Notes: generated from the letters alone by a model not told the origin. 64,000 nt of DNA from an uncultured Gammaproteobacteria bacterium (GCA_947259075.1 CAMYKQ010000038.1:18750-82749); one strand, 5' to 3'; positions 30,882 through 43,140 are shown, counted from the stretch's first letter. A program made the numbers and translations.

Positions 30882-31054
30882 AGCGGCGCGAGCTTGTGCA
30901 TGGCTACGCTGCCTTGCGCGTTCGTTTTTCGTCTGAGTAGGCGTTTCAGCAGCTTACCGTGTTGTCAGTCTGCTTTAGAACGGTGCGGGAGGCGGGCCGC
31001 CGCCGCTTGGGCGCGCAGACCACTGGGTGAGCATAGCCGAATTGGAGCGTGCCC

Positions 31055-31069
31055 GCACCCAATTGGTGC
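31055..31069. promoter_or_regulatory. NtrC-binding site upstream of glnL
   Basis: GCACCCAATTGGTGC = GCAC-N7-GTGC consensus. Confidence 0.6.
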
Positions 31070-31107
31070 GCTCATGGCCCGTGCCCACTGCAGCAGGTGC
31101 GGCGGGT

Positions 31108-31629
31108 TTACTTGAGTCCGCTGACGCGGTGTAAATGGAAGGTGACGGTGGGGGAGGAGATCAGGCTTTCTCCCTGCTTGGAGAGGATGCTGGCATAGAG
31201 GGTGTGGCTGCCCCTGTCGATGTTGTTGAGGGTGGCGCTGGCGCCGGTTTCTTCGGCAACGAGGTGGCCGTCGAGATAGACCGCGATGGTGTGCCCCGCG
31301 TCTATGAGCAGGCCGGGATTAACGCTGACGGTGATGGCGACGGTGCCGGTGTTGTCGCGTACCGTGCCGTCCTGCGTTGGGCTGGTGATGTCGATGCTCT
31401 GGTAATAGTTTTTCTTCTCGGCCTTATCCGGACTGGGGGGTGTGTCCGTGACGGCGGGTGGCGGGGGCGCGGGGATGAGCTGAATAGGAGGTAGTTCAGC
31501 CGGCGTGGCGTCCACCGCGGGCGGTCGGTCGGAATAAATGACCGTGCCATCGGGCAATACGGTTTTATAGACCGCGGCGGTGGCCGAGGCGGAGAGGCAG
31601 ATTAACAAAAAGATAAATGGCAGTTTCAT
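31108..31629 (-). CDS. DUF4124 domain exported protein
   Basis: Signal peptide, VYKTVLPDGTVIYSDRPP, C-terminal Ig-like NIDRGSHTL; typical location between glnA and glnL. Confidence 0.85.
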   Translation of the reverse strand: MKLPFIFLLICLSASATAAVYKTVLPDGTVIYSDRPPAVDATPAELPPIQLIPAPPPPAVTDTPPSPDKAEKKNYYQSIDITSPTQDGTVRDNTGTVAITVSVNPGLLIDAGHTIAVYLDGHLVAEETGASATLNNIDRGSHTLYASILSKQGESLISSPTVTFHLHRVSGLK

Positions 31630-31677
31630 GTGTGGCGCCTTTTGCCATCTTTGTAGCCTGCCGGCGCGGTGCTTGTC

Positions 31678-31717
31678 AAAAAAAACGCCCCTGGGCGTGA
31701 ACACCAGGGGCGTTTTT
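31678..31717 (-). terminator. Rho-independent terminator of glnA
   Basis: AAAAACGCCCCTGG / CCAGGGGCGTTTTT stem with an 8-T run on the minus strand. Confidence 0.85.
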
Positions 31718-31734
31718 GGTTTTGCGCAGCGCTG

Positions 31735-33144
<1,410 letters not shown>

Positions 33145-33235
33145 GTTGAGAGCTCCTCCAGCAGGTGCAATAAATAATTTCAGTAAACTAGCCGCGTCGT
33201 TCGAAGCGGCGCCAAAAACATTGAGTGTCTAGTCA

Positions 33236-33251
33236 GGCATTAAGCATGCCA
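33236..33251 (-). promoter_or_regulatory. sigma54 promoter of glnA
   Basis: Minus strand TGGCATGCTTAATGCC = GG-N10-GC. Confidence 0.7.
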
Positions 33252-33316
33252 CGATAAAAACTGTCTGATAGGACATGGATTTTAGTTGTTGTCGGTCGGA
33301 TACAGGCGGGGTTTGC

Positions 33317-33362
33317 GCTCGATTGTAGTGCGTCTTTGCGAGGTTTTGCACCATCCGGGCGC
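33317..33362. promoter_or_regulatory. tandem NtrC enhancer sites for glnA
   Basis: GCTC-N7-GTGC (33317) and GCAC-N7-GCGC (33348), 31 bp apart, one mismatch each. Confidence 0.6.
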
Positions 33363-33366
33363 AAGC

Positions 33367-33603
33367 TTAGGCCGAATCTTTCGCGATCTTTATGGTGATG
33401 ATCACTTCCTTATCGATATTCTGTGTATCCAGTACGCTGTGGCCGTTGATTCTGCACCACGCGGGGATATCACTCAAGGCCCCTGGGTCGGTGCAGATTA
33501 CCTTGAGGGTATCGCCGTCCGCAAGAGTCTGGGCTTTACTCTGCACGCGGATGACGGGCAGGGGGCAAAGGAGGTTGCGGGCATCTAAAGTGTGTTCGCT
33601 CAT
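33367..33603 (-). CDS. TusA-family sulfurtransferase (sulfur carrier)
   Basis: LDARNLLCPLP, TDPGALSDIPAWC. ATGA overlap with the upstream gene. Confidence 0.9.
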   Translation of the reverse strand: MSEHTLDARNLLCPLPVIRVQSKAQTLADGDTLKVICTDPGALSDIPAWCRINGHSVLDTQNIDKEVIITIKIAKDSA

Positions 33604-34643
33604 AAGTACCATTCCTGCGGTATTTCTTCACTGGTAAACGGGGTGACGTCGACATCATACGCCGGGCCGTCTTTTTCCGTCACGCTCATGCGCACGCTCG
33701 CCAGGTCGCGGCCTTGACTAAAGCGGGCGGTCAGGCGCGCGGCGAGATGGATATCGTCCGCGCCGGCGTGGCCGTCGATCAGCGCCAGCGAGCCATTGTG
33801 CTCGGCCGGCCGCAAATGCGTGAATTGGCGGCGGTAGCCTTCGAGGTAATTATTTTCGCCCTCTTCGCGGCCGATGATGAGTTTGAAATGCGGCCGCGGC
33901 CGCAGGTGGCGGCCGACCTTGAGCAGCATGATGTCATCCAGCTCGTAGTGCTTGCCGGCCCCGGTTTGCCACAGGTCTTGCAGCTTGCGGGTGTAATTGG
34001 GGTCGGTGAGAAAACAGCAGCCGCCGGCGGGCTGGGCGTATTCGCTGATATTGAATTGTTCGGCCAGCGCGATTTGCGGTTTGCGCGAACGGCCGCTGAA
34101 TTTAAGCAGGCGTTCGCGGTCGACCCAGCCTTCGCGCTCGGGCAGGGTGGGGGGTAATAATTGAGCGCAGAGCGGCCGCAATAGGCGCTCGCCCGCGCCG
34201 GATTCCCGCGCGATGACGGGAAAGGTGTCGCGCCGCTGTGACATAGGGCGCTGGCCGAGCACCTCGCCGGTGATGATGAAGTCGAAGCCGTGCTCCTCCA
34301 TCCAGCGGCGCGCCTGGCCCACCATGAAGCCTTTGCAGTCGAGGCAGGGGTTGAGATGGGCGCCATAACCGTGTTTGGGATTGAGCACGACGTCCTTGTA
34401 TTCCTCCACCACGTCGATGATGTGCAGCTTGATGCCCAACTGCTCGGCGACCCAGAGGGCGTTGTTGCGCTTGGGTTTGGCGCCGTCGTGTTTGCGGATG
34501 GCGTGGGTGTGACCCTCGACGCAAAAGCCGGTGAAGAAATTGATGCCTTCGACGTGTACGCCTTGCTCAAGAATGAGCTGCGCGGCCAACATCGAGTCGA
34601 GGCCGCCGGAGATGAGCGCTACGGCTTTGCGCGGTGGATTCAT
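33600..34643 (-). CDS. PP-loop tRNA thiolation enzyme (ThiI/MnmA-like, no THUMP or rhodanese domain seen)
   Basis: SGGLDS, NPCLDCK, TGEVLGQRPMSQ, LLRPLCA, QPAGGCC, KVGRH. Confidence 0.8.
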   Translation of the reverse strand: MNPPRKAVALISGGLDSMLAAQLILEQGVHVEGINFFTGFCVEGHTHAIRKHDGAKPKRNNALWVAEQLGIKLHIIDVVEEYKDVVLNPKHGYGAHLNPCLDCKGFMVGQARRWMEEHGFDFIITGEVLGQRPMSQRRDTFPVIARESGAGERLLRPLCAQLLPPTLPEREGWVDRERLLKFSGRSRKPQIALAEQFNISEYAQPAGGCCFLTDPNYTRKLQDLWQTGAGKHYELDDIMLLKVGRHLRPRPHFKLIIGREEGENNYLEGYRRQFTHLRPAEHNGSLALIDGHAGADDIHLAARLTARFSQGRDLASVRMSVTEKDGPAYDVDVTPFTSEEIPQEWYL

Positions 34644-34732
34644 GACTGCTTGGTGTCGCTGGGTCGGGTGAGGGCGAAGAATAGCAAAAATCGGGATGGG
34701 CGTGGGGATTCGCGGTCCCGCTTAGCGGCGGT

Positions 34733-35311
34733 TCAGTGGCGGGGTCCGTCCTCTTTATCGGGCAGGGCGAGCGGGGTGGCGCGGGTGCGCCGGCGCAGGG
34801 TTTTCAGTGCTTGGGCGCTGCCGGTGTCACGCCACAGCTCGTAGGCGTGCAAGGCGTCGAGCCGCGATGGTTGGCCTAGCTCGCGCATGGCGTGCAGCAC
34901 GTCCATCAGGCTCACAAAGGTGGTGGCGAGACGCTGATATAAAGTGGCGCTGCTATTTTTAAGGCGCTGGCCGAGTTGATCGTAGGCGCCGCGGCCCAAG
35001 TCGACGAAATAACTTGCCTGCACCCGGCGGCGCGTGGCGCGCTCGGGAAACAAGCCGGAGTAGAGCAGACATTTATCGCCCACGTCGCGCAATTGATCTT
35101 GCGCCATTTGACCGGAGAGTTGCATGCCGCGCAGGTAATCGAGGGCTAATACGCCGGACGCCAGCTCCGGTTTATCGGTAAAGCGTATCAACAGGAAGAC
35201 CAGGTAACTTTCCATATCGTCGTCCAAGGGATGCTCGGCGGCGGCTTCCGCCTCGTTGACCAGCGTCACCCATTCTTCCATGGCACTTGCTCTGACTACG
35301 ATTTTTTTCAT
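34733..35311 (-). CDS. conserved hypothetical protein
   Basis: Clean ORF with GGAGG RBS and motifs ESYLVFLL, LRDVGDKCLL.SGLFPE, YFVDLGR.AY. Function not recognised. Confidence 0.75.
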   Translation of the reverse strand: MKKIVVRASAMEEWVTLVNEAEAAAEHPLDDDMESYLVFLLIRFTDKPELASGVLALDYLRGMQLSGQMAQDQLRDVGDKCLLYSGLFPERATRRRVQASYFVDLGRGAYDQLGQRLKNSSATLYQRLATTFVSLMDVLHAMRELGQPSRLDALHAYELWRDTGSAQALKTLRRRTRATPLALPDKEDGPRH

Positions 35312-35554
35312 GCGGCCCTCCACTCGAACCTGCTAACGCATGCCGGGCCTTTTTACCGTGCTTGGTGTGTAATAGGCCCTTATTACAGCTATCGGCTGTC
35401 CTGGAGATGATTAAAGCGATCTACTCCTTTGCTGTGTCAGTGTGATAGCTTTTGTGGCCGGTTGCTTTATATGACCATCGTTCGGGGCGGCGGTGCGGCT
35501 AGATTTGGCGCGGCGCTGTGCGGCTGGAGCGATTATTAACCTAAGGAGTGGGGC

Positions 35555-36553
35555 ATGCCGCGATTAGCTGGCCAACAAGAACAGATCTCCGCATGGCGCC
35601 GCGGCGGGCGGCGGCCGGCCCTGCGTGCCTGGATCGGCGTGGCCCTATTCGCCGCACCGCCCGGTCTGGGTTTTGCCGCCGGGCTGGAGGGCGACGCGTC
35701 CTTGGGTTTGGGTTATAGCGTCTCTGAATTGAACTGGAATATCGCGGGCAGCCTGGCGGGCACGGCGCCCAATATCCTCTCCGAACTCGAATGGAAGGAC
35801 CTGAACGTGGCCATGCTCCACGCCGCTGGCGAGTTGAGCGTGGACAAGCAGCTGCTGCTGCGCGGCCGTGCCGCTTACGGCGAGGTGATTTCGGGTGACA
35901 ACCAAGATTCCGATTACAACGGCGATGATCGCAGCCTGGAATTCAGCCGCTCTAATAATCGCGGCGACGGCCAGGTCATCGAGGCCAGCCTCGGCGTGGG
36001 TTATCAGTTTTGGTGGTACGACAACACCGCCGGCCGTTACGCGCGCATCATCCCCATGTTCGGTTATGCCTGGCGCGGACAGTATCTCAGCATCAGCGAG
36101 GGCCAGCAGGTCATTCCCGCCAGCGAGGCGGGTCCCATCGCCAATCTCAACAGCAGTTATGATGCGCGGTGGCAAGGGCCATGGATGGGCCTCAGCCTGC
36201 TCATGGATACCAGCGAGCGCACGCGCGTGACCCTGGACGTGGAATATCACTTCGCCGATTACCGCGCCGAGGCCAACTGGAATCTGCGCACTGACCTAGA
36301 TCATCCCCTGAGTTTTTTGCACGAGACCCGCGGCACCGGCGTGGTCGCGGCCTTGTCCGTGCGTCACGACCTCAGCGCCAACTGGGCCCTCACCGCCCGC
36401 GTCGAATCACAACGTTTCGAGGGCGACCCCGGCCTCGACACCATTAACCTCATCGATGCGGCGAGCGGCGCCCTCGACCCGGCCGTGACCCGCCTCAATG
36501 CGGTGGAATGGCAATCCCTCGGCGGCATGCTGGCGCTCACCCGGCGCTTTTGA
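35555..36553 (+). CDS. outer-membrane beta-barrel protein, omptin-like
   Basis: AGGAG RBS, amphipathic strands, SELEW and NQDSDY resembling omptin motifs, C-terminal Phe. Confidence 0.6.
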   Translation: MPRLAGQQEQISAWRRGGRRPALRAWIGVALFAAPPGLGFAAGLEGDASLGLGYSVSELNWNIAGSLAGTAPNILSELEWKDLNVAMLHAAGELSVDKQLLLRGRAAYGEVISGDNQDSDYNGDDRSLEFSRSNNRGDGQVIEASLGVGYQFWWYDNTAGRYARIIPMFGYAWRGQYLSISEGQQVIPASEAGPIANLNSSYDARWQGPWMGLSLLMDTSERTRVTLDVEYHFADYRAEANWNLRTDLDHPLSFLHETRGTGVVAALSVRHDLSANWALTARVESQRFEGDPGLDTINLIDAASGALDPAVTRLNAVEWQSLGGMLALTRRF

Positions 36554-36639
36554 GGGGGGGCGCGTTACATAAGCCTGGCCGCCCAGGCTATAATCGCCCC
36601 CTTCTGAACCGAACCCCGATACGCACAAGAGTCGACGCC

Positions 36640-37584
36640 ATGCCGCAAACTACCAGCGCGCCCCAGAGCGCGCGTGATGTCCTCAGCTTTCAAGATCTGA
36701 TTCTGGCGTTGCAGGAATATTGGGCCGCGCAAGGCTGCGTGATCCTGCAACCCTACGATATGGAAGTGGGCGCGGGCACGTTTCACCCCGCCACCTTTCT
36801 GCGCGCCATCGGTCCCGAGCATTGGCGCGCCGCCTATGTGCAGCCCTCGCGCCGTCCCGCCGACGGCCGTTACGGCGACAACCCCAACCGCCTGCAGCAC
36901 TACTATCAATTCCAAGTGGTGCTCAAACCCTCGCCGCTGGACATTCAAGATTTATATCTCGGTTCGCTGCGCCGTCTCGGCCTCGACCCGCTCACCCACG
37001 ACATCCGTTTCGTCGAAGACAACTGGGAATCGCCGACGCTGGGTGCTTGGGGTCTCGGCTGGGAAGTGTGGCTCAACGGCATGGAAGTGACGCAGTTCAC
37101 TTATTTCCAGCAAGTGGGCGGCCTCGATTGCTTTCCCGTCACCGGCGAGATCACCTACGGCCTGGAGCGTATCGCCATGTACCTGCAAGGCGTGGAGAGC
37201 GTCTACGACCTGACCTGGACCGACGGCCCCGCCGGTAAAGTGACTTACGGTGACGTCTTTCACCAAAACGAAGTGGAGATGTCCACGTATAACTTCGAGC
37301 AGGCCGACACCGCCGTGCTGTTCGCGCGCTTCGATACCTGCGAAAAAGAGAGCAGCAAGCTCATCGAGGCCGGTCTGCCGCTGCCCGCTTACGAAATGGT
37401 GTTGAAGGCCTCGCACACCTTCAACCTGCTCGACGCGCGCCGCGCCATCTCCGTCACCGAGCGTCAGCGTTACATCCTGCGCGTGCGCGCTTTAGCGCGC
37501 GCCGTGGCCGCGGCCTATTACGCGCGGCGTGAGGCCCTGGGCTTTCCCCTCGCGGCGCAATCAGAGGAGGTTGCCCGTGGCTGA
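36640..37584 (+). CDS. glyQ: glycine-tRNA ligase alpha subunit
   Basis: [43 protein letters not shown]. Confidence 0.97.
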   Translation: MPQTTSAPQSARDVLSFQDLILALQEYWAAQGCVILQPYDMEVGAGTFHPATFLRAIGPEHWRAAYVQPSRRPADGRYGDNPNRLQHYYQFQVVLKPSPLDIQDLYLGSLRRLGLDPLTHDIRFVEDNWESPTLGAWGLGWEVWLNGMEVTQFTYFQQVGGLDCFPVTGEITYGLERIAMYLQGVESVYDLTWTDGPAGKVTYGDVFHQNEVEMSTYNFEQADTAVLFARFDTCEKESSKLIEAGLPLPAYEMVLKASHTFNLLDARRAISVTERQRYILRVRALARAVAAAYYARREALGFPLAAQSEEVARG

Positions 37585-39649
37585 TACACGTGATTTATTG
37601 ATTGAGCTGGGCACGGAAGAACTGCCGCCCAAGGCCTTGCGCCGTCTCGCCGCGGCCTTCGCCGAGGGTGTGCGCGCCGCTTTAGCGAAGCACGAATTGC
37701 AACACGGCGAACTGCGTTATTTCGCCACCCCGCGCCGTTTAGCGCTGCTGGTGCAGGATCTGCCAGTCAGCCAAAGCGACCGCATTGCCGAACGCCGCGG
37801 TCCGGCGCTCAACGCCGCCTTTGATGAAGAAGGTAATCCCACTAAGGCGTCTCAGGGTTTCGCCCGCTCTTGCGGCGTGGAGGTGGACGAACTCGAACGT
37901 TTGGAAACAGCGCAAGGGGCCTGGCTGGTGTGCCGCAGTACGCAACGCGGCGTGGCCACGCGCGAACTGATCCCCGCGCTCGCCGGGCAGGCCCTCGCCA
38001 ATCTGCCCGTGCCCAAACGCATGCGCTGGGGCAGCTTGCGCGCCGAATTCGTGCGGCCGGTGCACTGGCTGGTGCTGCTCTTCGGCGACGAGGTGATCGA
38101 CGCGGAATTGTACGGCGTGCGCGCCGGGCGCGAGACCCGCGGCCACCGTTATCATCACCCGGCGCCGATTTACCTCACCGGCCCGCGCGCCTACGCGCCC
38201 TTGCTCGAGACCGAAGGCCATGTGCTGCCGGATTTCGATGCACGCAAAGAGGCGATACGCGGACAAATCTTGCAGGCGGGATTAACGGCGGGCGGCCGCG
38301 CGGTGATCGACGAGGCGCTGCTGGAAGAAGTGGCCGGCCTGGTGGAATGGCCGGTGGCCTTGCTCGGTGATTTCGAAGCGCGTTTTCTCGAACTGCCGCC
38401 CGAGCCGCTGATCTCGACGATGAAGGGCAATCAAAAATATTTTCACGTCGTCGATGGCGCGGGCAAATTGCTGCCGCACTTCATCACCGTGTGCAATATT
38501 GAAAGCCGCGACCCCGCGCAAGTGCGCGCCGGTAACGAACGCGTGATCCGCCCGCGCTTCAGCGACGCCGCGTTTTTCTGGGAGCAGGACCGGCGGCAAA
38601 CTTTGGCGTCGCGCGTCGAGACCCTCAAGACCGTGCTGTTTCAAGCCAAGCTCGGCAGCGTCTACGACAAGTCGCAACGCGTCGCGGCCCTGGCCGGTGA
38701 CATCGCCGCGCAACTCGGCGGCGAGCGCGGCTTGGCGGAACGGGCGGCGCGTCTCGCCAAGTGCGACCTGCTCACCAATATGGTGGGTGAGTTTCCCGAG
38801 CTGCAAGGTTTGATGGGCCGCTATTACGCCTTGGCGGAAGGCCTGCCCGCTGAGCTCGCCGAGGCCTTGGACGAGCAATACTTGCCGCGTCAGGCTGGCG
38901 ACCGCCTGCCCGCCGGCGTCACCGGCCGCGCGCTGGCCGTCGCCGACAAACTCGACACCTTGCTGGGTATCTTCGCCATCGGCCAAGTGCCCAGCGGCGA
39001 TAAAGACCCCTACGCCCTGCGCCGCGCCGCGCTGGGCGTGCTGCGCATCATCATCGAAGGCGCGCTGCCGCTGGATTTGAACGCCTTGCTGCAACGCGCC
39101 GCGGCAAATTACCAGGCCAGCGTGCCCGCCGCGGGCGTGGCCGAGGCGGTGTTCGATTACATGATGGAACGTCTGCGCGCTTACTATCTCGATGCCGGTA
39201 TCCGGCCGGATGTCTTCGAGGCCGTGCTCGCCAATCGCCCCAGCCGTCCGCACGATTTTGATCTGCGCATCCGCGCCGTCGCCGCTTTTCGCGAACTGCC
39301 CGAGGCGGAAAGTTTGGCGGCCGCCAACAAGCGCATACGCAATATTCTCAAACAAGCGGAAGGCGAGGCGGTGGGCGCGGTGGACGCGGCTCAATTGCAG
39401 GAACCCGCCGAGCGCGCGCTGCAGCGGCAATTGAGCGCCTTGCACGACGAGGTTTCATCTTCGTTCGACGCCGGAGATTACACCGCCGCGCTGCGCCGTT
39501 TGGCGGGTTTGCGCGAAACCGTGGACGCCTTCTTCGATACCGTGATGGTGATGGCGGACGACGCGGCGCTGCGCCGCAACCGCATCGCGCTACTGGCGGC
39601 GCTGCACGCTTTGTTCTCGCGCGCGGCGGACTTGTCGCGCTTGCAGTGA
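37577..39649 (+). CDS. glyS: glycine-tRNA ligase beta subunit
   Basis: [39 protein letters not shown] start with GAGGAGG RBS. Confidence 0.97.
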   Translation: MADTRDLLIELGTEELPPKALRRLAAAFAEGVRAALAKHELQHGELRYFATPRRLALLVQDLPVSQSDRIAERRGPALNAAFDEEGNPTKASQGFARSCGVEVDELERLETAQGAWLVCRSTQRGVATRELIPALAGQALANLPVPKRMRWGSLRAEFVRPVHWLVLLFGDEVIDAELYGVRAGRETRGHRYHHPAPIYLTGPRAYAPLLETEGHVLPDFDARKEAIRGQILQAGLTAGGRAVIDEALLEEVAGLVEWPVALLGDFEARFLELPPEPLISTMKGNQKYFHVVDGAGKLLPHFITVCNIESRDPAQVRAGNERVIRPRFSDAAFFWEQDRRQTLASRVETLKTVLFQAKLGSVYDKSQRVAALAGDIAAQLGGERGLAERAARLAKCDLLTNMVGEFPELQGLMGRYYALAEGLPAELAEALDEQYLPRQAGDRLPAGVTGRALAVADKLDTLLGIFAIGQVPSGDKDPYALRRAALGVLRIIIEGALPLDLNALLQRAAANYQASVPAAGVAEAVFDYMMERLRAYYLDAGIRPDVFEAVLANRPSRPHDFDLRIRAVAAFRELPEAESLAAANKRIRNILKQAEGEAVGAVDAAQLQEPAERALQRQLSALHDEVSSSFDAGDYTAALRRLAGLRETVDAFFDTVMVMADDAALRRNRIALLAALHALFSRAADLSRLQ

Positions 39650-39804
39650 GGTGAGGCGCCGCTGTCCCGCGATGGGCGGGGGAAATTCAGTAAACGCGAT
39701 TTGCCGCCGTGCGCCGCCGCCGTGGCGTGAGCGCGCCGCGATTGCGGCGAGTGCGCGGGGCGCGGCTTTACTGCGCGGCTGGCACGCAAAGGGTTTGTTC
39801 TAAT

Positions 39805-40368
39805 ATGAAACTTATCATTCTCGATCGCGACGGCGTGATTAATGAAGACTCCGACGAGTACATCAAGTCGCCGGAGGAATGGCGGCCGATTCCCGGCAGC
39901 CTTGACGCCATCGCCCGTTTGAATCGCGCCGGCTACCGGGTGGTGGTGGCCAGCAACCAATCAGGTTTGGCGCGCGGCTTGTTCGATATGGATGCCCTGC
40001 TGGCGATACACGACAAGCTGCATCGCAATCTGGCGGCGGCGGGCGGCGCGGTGGACGCCATCTTTTTTTGTCCGCACGGACCCGAGGACGCGTGCGCCTG
40101 CCGCAAACCCAAACCCGGCTTGCTGCTTGATATCGCCGCGCGTTTGCAGGTGTCTTTGCAGGGCGTGCTGGTGGTGGGCGATAGCTTGCGCGATCTGCAA
40201 GCGGCGCAGGCCGTGGGCGCGCGGCCGCTGCTGGTGCGCAGCGGCAAGGGCGCGGGCACCGAGGCGCAGGGTAAAGGTTTAGCGGGCGTGCCGGTATTCG
40301 ATGATCTCGCCGCCGCCGTGGATGCCTTGCTCGGCGAACAGCTTGGCGCGGAGTCCTCGAAGCCGTGA
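39805..40368 (+). CDS. gmhB: D-glycero-beta-D-manno-heptose 1,7-bisphosphate phosphatase
   Basis: LDRDGVIN, SNQSG, CPH..CACRKP, VGDSLRD. Confidence 0.93.
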   Translation: MKLIILDRDGVINEDSDEYIKSPEEWRPIPGSLDAIARLNRAGYRVVVASNQSGLARGLFDMDALLAIHDKLHRNLAAAGGAVDAIFFCPHGPEDACACRKPKPGLLLDIAARLQVSLQGVLVVGDSLRDLQAAQAVGARPLLVRSGKGAGTEAQGKGLAGVPVFDDLAAAVDALLGEQLGAESSKP

Positions 40369-41162
40369 GCGCGACGCCAGCGGACACCCGCGCGCGTGAG
40401 CAGGTTCCCGGACCCGGTTCGGCCTGGCGCTCGGCCTTGTTCGCGCTGGGCATGGCGCTGTCGACGCTGATCTTCGCGCCGCTCAGCGTGCTCACTTTTC
40501 CTTTTCCTTACCGCTGGCGTTACGGTTTTATCACGCAGTGGACGCGTTTCAATCTGTGGTGGCTGGGCGTGACTTGCCGTGTGCATTACGTGGTGGAGGG
40601 GCGCGAGCATCTGCCCGCGGGGCCGGCCATCGTGCTCGCCAAGCATCAATCGGCCTTCGAGACCCTGGCCTTTCAACGCATCTTTCCGCCGCAGGTGTGG
40701 CTGCTCAAGCGCGAATTATTGTGGGTGCCGTTCTTCGGCTGGGGTTTGGCGATGCTGGAACCCATCGCCATCAATCGCCAGGCCAAGCGCAAGGCCTTGC
40801 AGCAATTGCTCAACGGCGGCACGCAACGGCTGCAACACGGGCGCTGGGTGGTGATTTTTCCCGAGGGCACGCGCGTGGCGCCCGGGGAACAGCGGCGTTA
40901 TGCGCCCGGCGGCGCCATGCTCGCGGCGCGCAGCGGTTTCCCCGTGGTGCCGGTGGCGCACAACGCGGGAGAGTTTTGGCCGCGGCAGGGTTTCATCAAA
41001 CGCCCGGGCACGGTGCGTATCATCATCGGCCCGCCCATCGCCAGCCAGGGGCGCAGCGCGCAGGAGATCAACACGCTGACGGAGCAATGGATAGAAGCGG
41101 CGATGGAAAAAATCAGCGGGACGCCGCGGCTGGCGGCGCCCCGTGATGAAGCTGGCGTTTAA
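40365..41162 (+). CDS. plsC: 1-acyl-sn-glycerol-3-phosphate acyltransferase
   Basis: KHQSAFET, KRELLWVPFFGW, IFPEGTR; usual glyS-gmhB-plsC order. Confidence 0.88.
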   Translation: MSATPADTRAREQVPGPGSAWRSALFALGMALSTLIFAPLSVLTFPFPYRWRYGFITQWTRFNLWWLGVTCRVHYVVEGREHLPAGPAIVLAKHQSAFETLAFQRIFPPQVWLLKRELLWVPFFGWGLAMLEPIAINRQAKRKALQQLLNGGTQRLQHGRWVVIFPEGTRVAPGEQRRYAPGGAMLAARSGFPVVPVAHNAGEFWPRQGFIKRPGTVRIIIGPPIASQGRSAQEINTLTEQWIEAAMEKISGTPRLAAPRDEAGV

Positions 41163-42166
41163 AGATCGGCCCAGTTGCCGGTGACGGTGCTCTCCACGCT
41201 GCCGTCATCACCAAGATCGACATCGACGCGATAGCTCGTGTTCGACAGGGCGCTGAGGGTGGCCTTACCGTTGGCGCCCGTGGCGGTGAGGGTGCCTGAG
41301 GACGGATAGTCATCGATGCTCATGATCTCCAAGGCCAAGGGCGTGGCGAGGGTGACATAGCCTTCGTCCGGATTGTAGTAGCGGCCGCTGATCGTGACGC
41401 CGTCAGAGCCGATGCCGGGGGTGATGGCGAGGACGAAATTATTCAACCACTGCGTTTTCTGCGTGGTGTTGTCGCGCAGCACCATCTCGATGCTGACGGT
41501 TTGGGTGAGATTGCCGAGCACGATGCTGACATCGCCCTTGATGGTGTAATTATCACGACTGGAGGCGAGCGTGAGGCTATTGGTGCTGATAGTCATGTTG
41601 ATGAAATCTTCGGTCATGGGGTCGACCTGGCCGTTGAGGCTGGCGCTGCCGGTAAGTGTTTCGCCCGCTTCGCAGTAGTTATTGTAAAGAGCGCTGCCAG
41701 AGAAACTGCCCGTCACGTCGTCGAAGGTGAAATTGACTTGCACTTCGCCGGTAGGCGTCGTATTGCCGCCGCAGCTTTCCTGACTGGGGACGGTATCAGT
41801 ATAGGTTTGCACTGCCCGCCCCAGATTGTTGCTGGAGGCGGAAGTCGGTTCCAGACGGTTTATGAAACCGAGCAGGCTGTGATACAGCGCGAGGGTGCGA
41901 GGCGGCGCGCTGCCGCTGCGCTCCTGTGCGTCAAGGGTTCCAGCGAAGCTGCCGAGCGCGCTAGTGCCAGCACCCGCGGCAAAGGCTTCCGTCGCCAAAT
42001 CCGCGCCGTTACTGGTGGTGAGGGTGGCAGGGTTGGTACTGCCGTTATAGCTGATGCCGCTGTTTATATTTCCCCCGTCACCGCCCCCGCCGCACGCGCC
42101 GAGTATTGATATTGCCGCCGCGCCACAAAATATGCGGGCATGGTTCCGCGAACTGGTTTTTTTCAT
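41159..42166 (-). CDS. putative beta-rich lipoprotein, unknown function
   Basis: MKKT..ILGA-C lipobox followed by GGGGDGG; Ser/Thr/Gly-rich beta composition. Confidence 0.75.
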   Translation of the reverse strand: MKKTSSRNHARIFCGAAAISILGACGGGGDGGNINSGISYNGSTNPATLTTSNGADLATEAFAAGAGTSALGSFAGTLDAQERSGSAPPRTLALYHSLLGFINRLEPTSASSNNLGRAVQTYTDTVPSQESCGGNTTPTGEVQVNFTFDDVTGSFSGSALYNNYCEAGETLTGSASLNGQVDPMTEDFINMTISTNSLTLASSRDNYTIKGDVSIVLGNLTQTVSIEMVLRDNTTQKTQWLNNFVLAITPGIGSDGVTISGRYYNPDEGYVTLATPLALEIMSIDDYPSSGTLTATGANGKATLSALSNTSYRVDVDLGDDGSVESTVTGNWADL

Positions 42167-42315
42167 ATGATCCCCCCCCCGATAGAGTGATAGATAGCCA
42201 CCGTATTGTAATTCACGATGGTGTTTCGACAATTTAAAGCATTGGTGAGCTAAAGCATTGGTGGGGGTCTTCCCCTGAGTTAGAATGTCCCCCTCACGGA
42301 CGATAGGATGTACTC

Positions 42316-43140
42316 ATGCAAGCGTGGTTGGCAAATCCCGCGGTGCAGGCGGGGATCGCACCTTTCATCGCCGCCGTGGTGAGCGTGGCCTTGCTCAAAC
42401 GCGCGGGCGGGTATTGGGCGGGCGCCGCGGTGACGGCGGGCTTCGCCGTCGCGGTGTACCTCAGCACCGGTTTTCAATTTCAACCCTGGACCAGCACCCG
42501 CAAGATCGTCGCGCTCACCTTGGGCGCCGCCGCCTTGGGCGTGCTCTTCGATCTCTATCCTTATTCGCGCCGCTGGTTGCCGCCCTTGGTGTTCGCGCTG
42601 GGCGCCGCCGCGGTATTGTGGCTGGTGTGGCCGGTGCTGTCGCGCCGTGAAGGCTTGGACTATTGGCTGCTCGCCGCCGGCGCGGCGCTGTACGCGGGCT
42701 GGTGCGTGGCGGCGCTGGAGAGTCTGCGCGCCAAGCCGCAGGCCATGGTGAGCGCGGCGCTGGCCTTGGGTTTCGGTACGGGCATATCGGCCTTGCTGGG
42801 GGCCTCGGCGCTGCTGGGTCAATGGGGCATCGCCTTGGGCGCGTCGGTCTCGGCCTTGTGGCTGTTCACCGTGTTCATGCGTAAGCTCGCGCTGGGCTCG
42901 CAACTGGCGCTGCCGGCGGGCTTGGGCGCGGCGTTGATCGGCTGCGCCGCTTGCGTCTATGCCAAGCTGCCCTGGTATAGTTTGGCGATATTAGCTACGG
43001 TACCCTTGTCGGCGCAGCTGTTTTGGTGGCCACGTCTGCCGCGTCTCGCGCAGATCGTCATTTCATTGTTCGCGGCACTGGTCCCCGCCGCGCTCGCCGC
43101 ATGGTTCACTTTTAAGGAAACGGGGGCGCCGCCTCTATAA
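42316..43140 (+). CDS. polytopic membrane protein, unknown function
   Basis: About 9-10 hydrophobic helices, AGGA RBS, co-oriented with yceI. Confidence 0.7.
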   Translation: MQAWLANPAVQAGIAPFIAAVVSVALLKRAGGYWAGAAVTAGFAVAVYLSTGFQFQPWTSTRKIVALTLGAAALGVLFDLYPYSRRWLPPLVFALGAAAVLWLVWPVLSRREGLDYWLLAAGAALYAGWCVAALESLRAKPQAMVSAALALGFGTGISALLGASALLGQWGIALGASVSALWLFTVFMRKLALGSQLALPAGLGAALIGCAACVYAKLPWYSLAILATVPLSAQLFWWPRLPRLAQIVISLFAALVPAALAAWFTFKETGAPPL

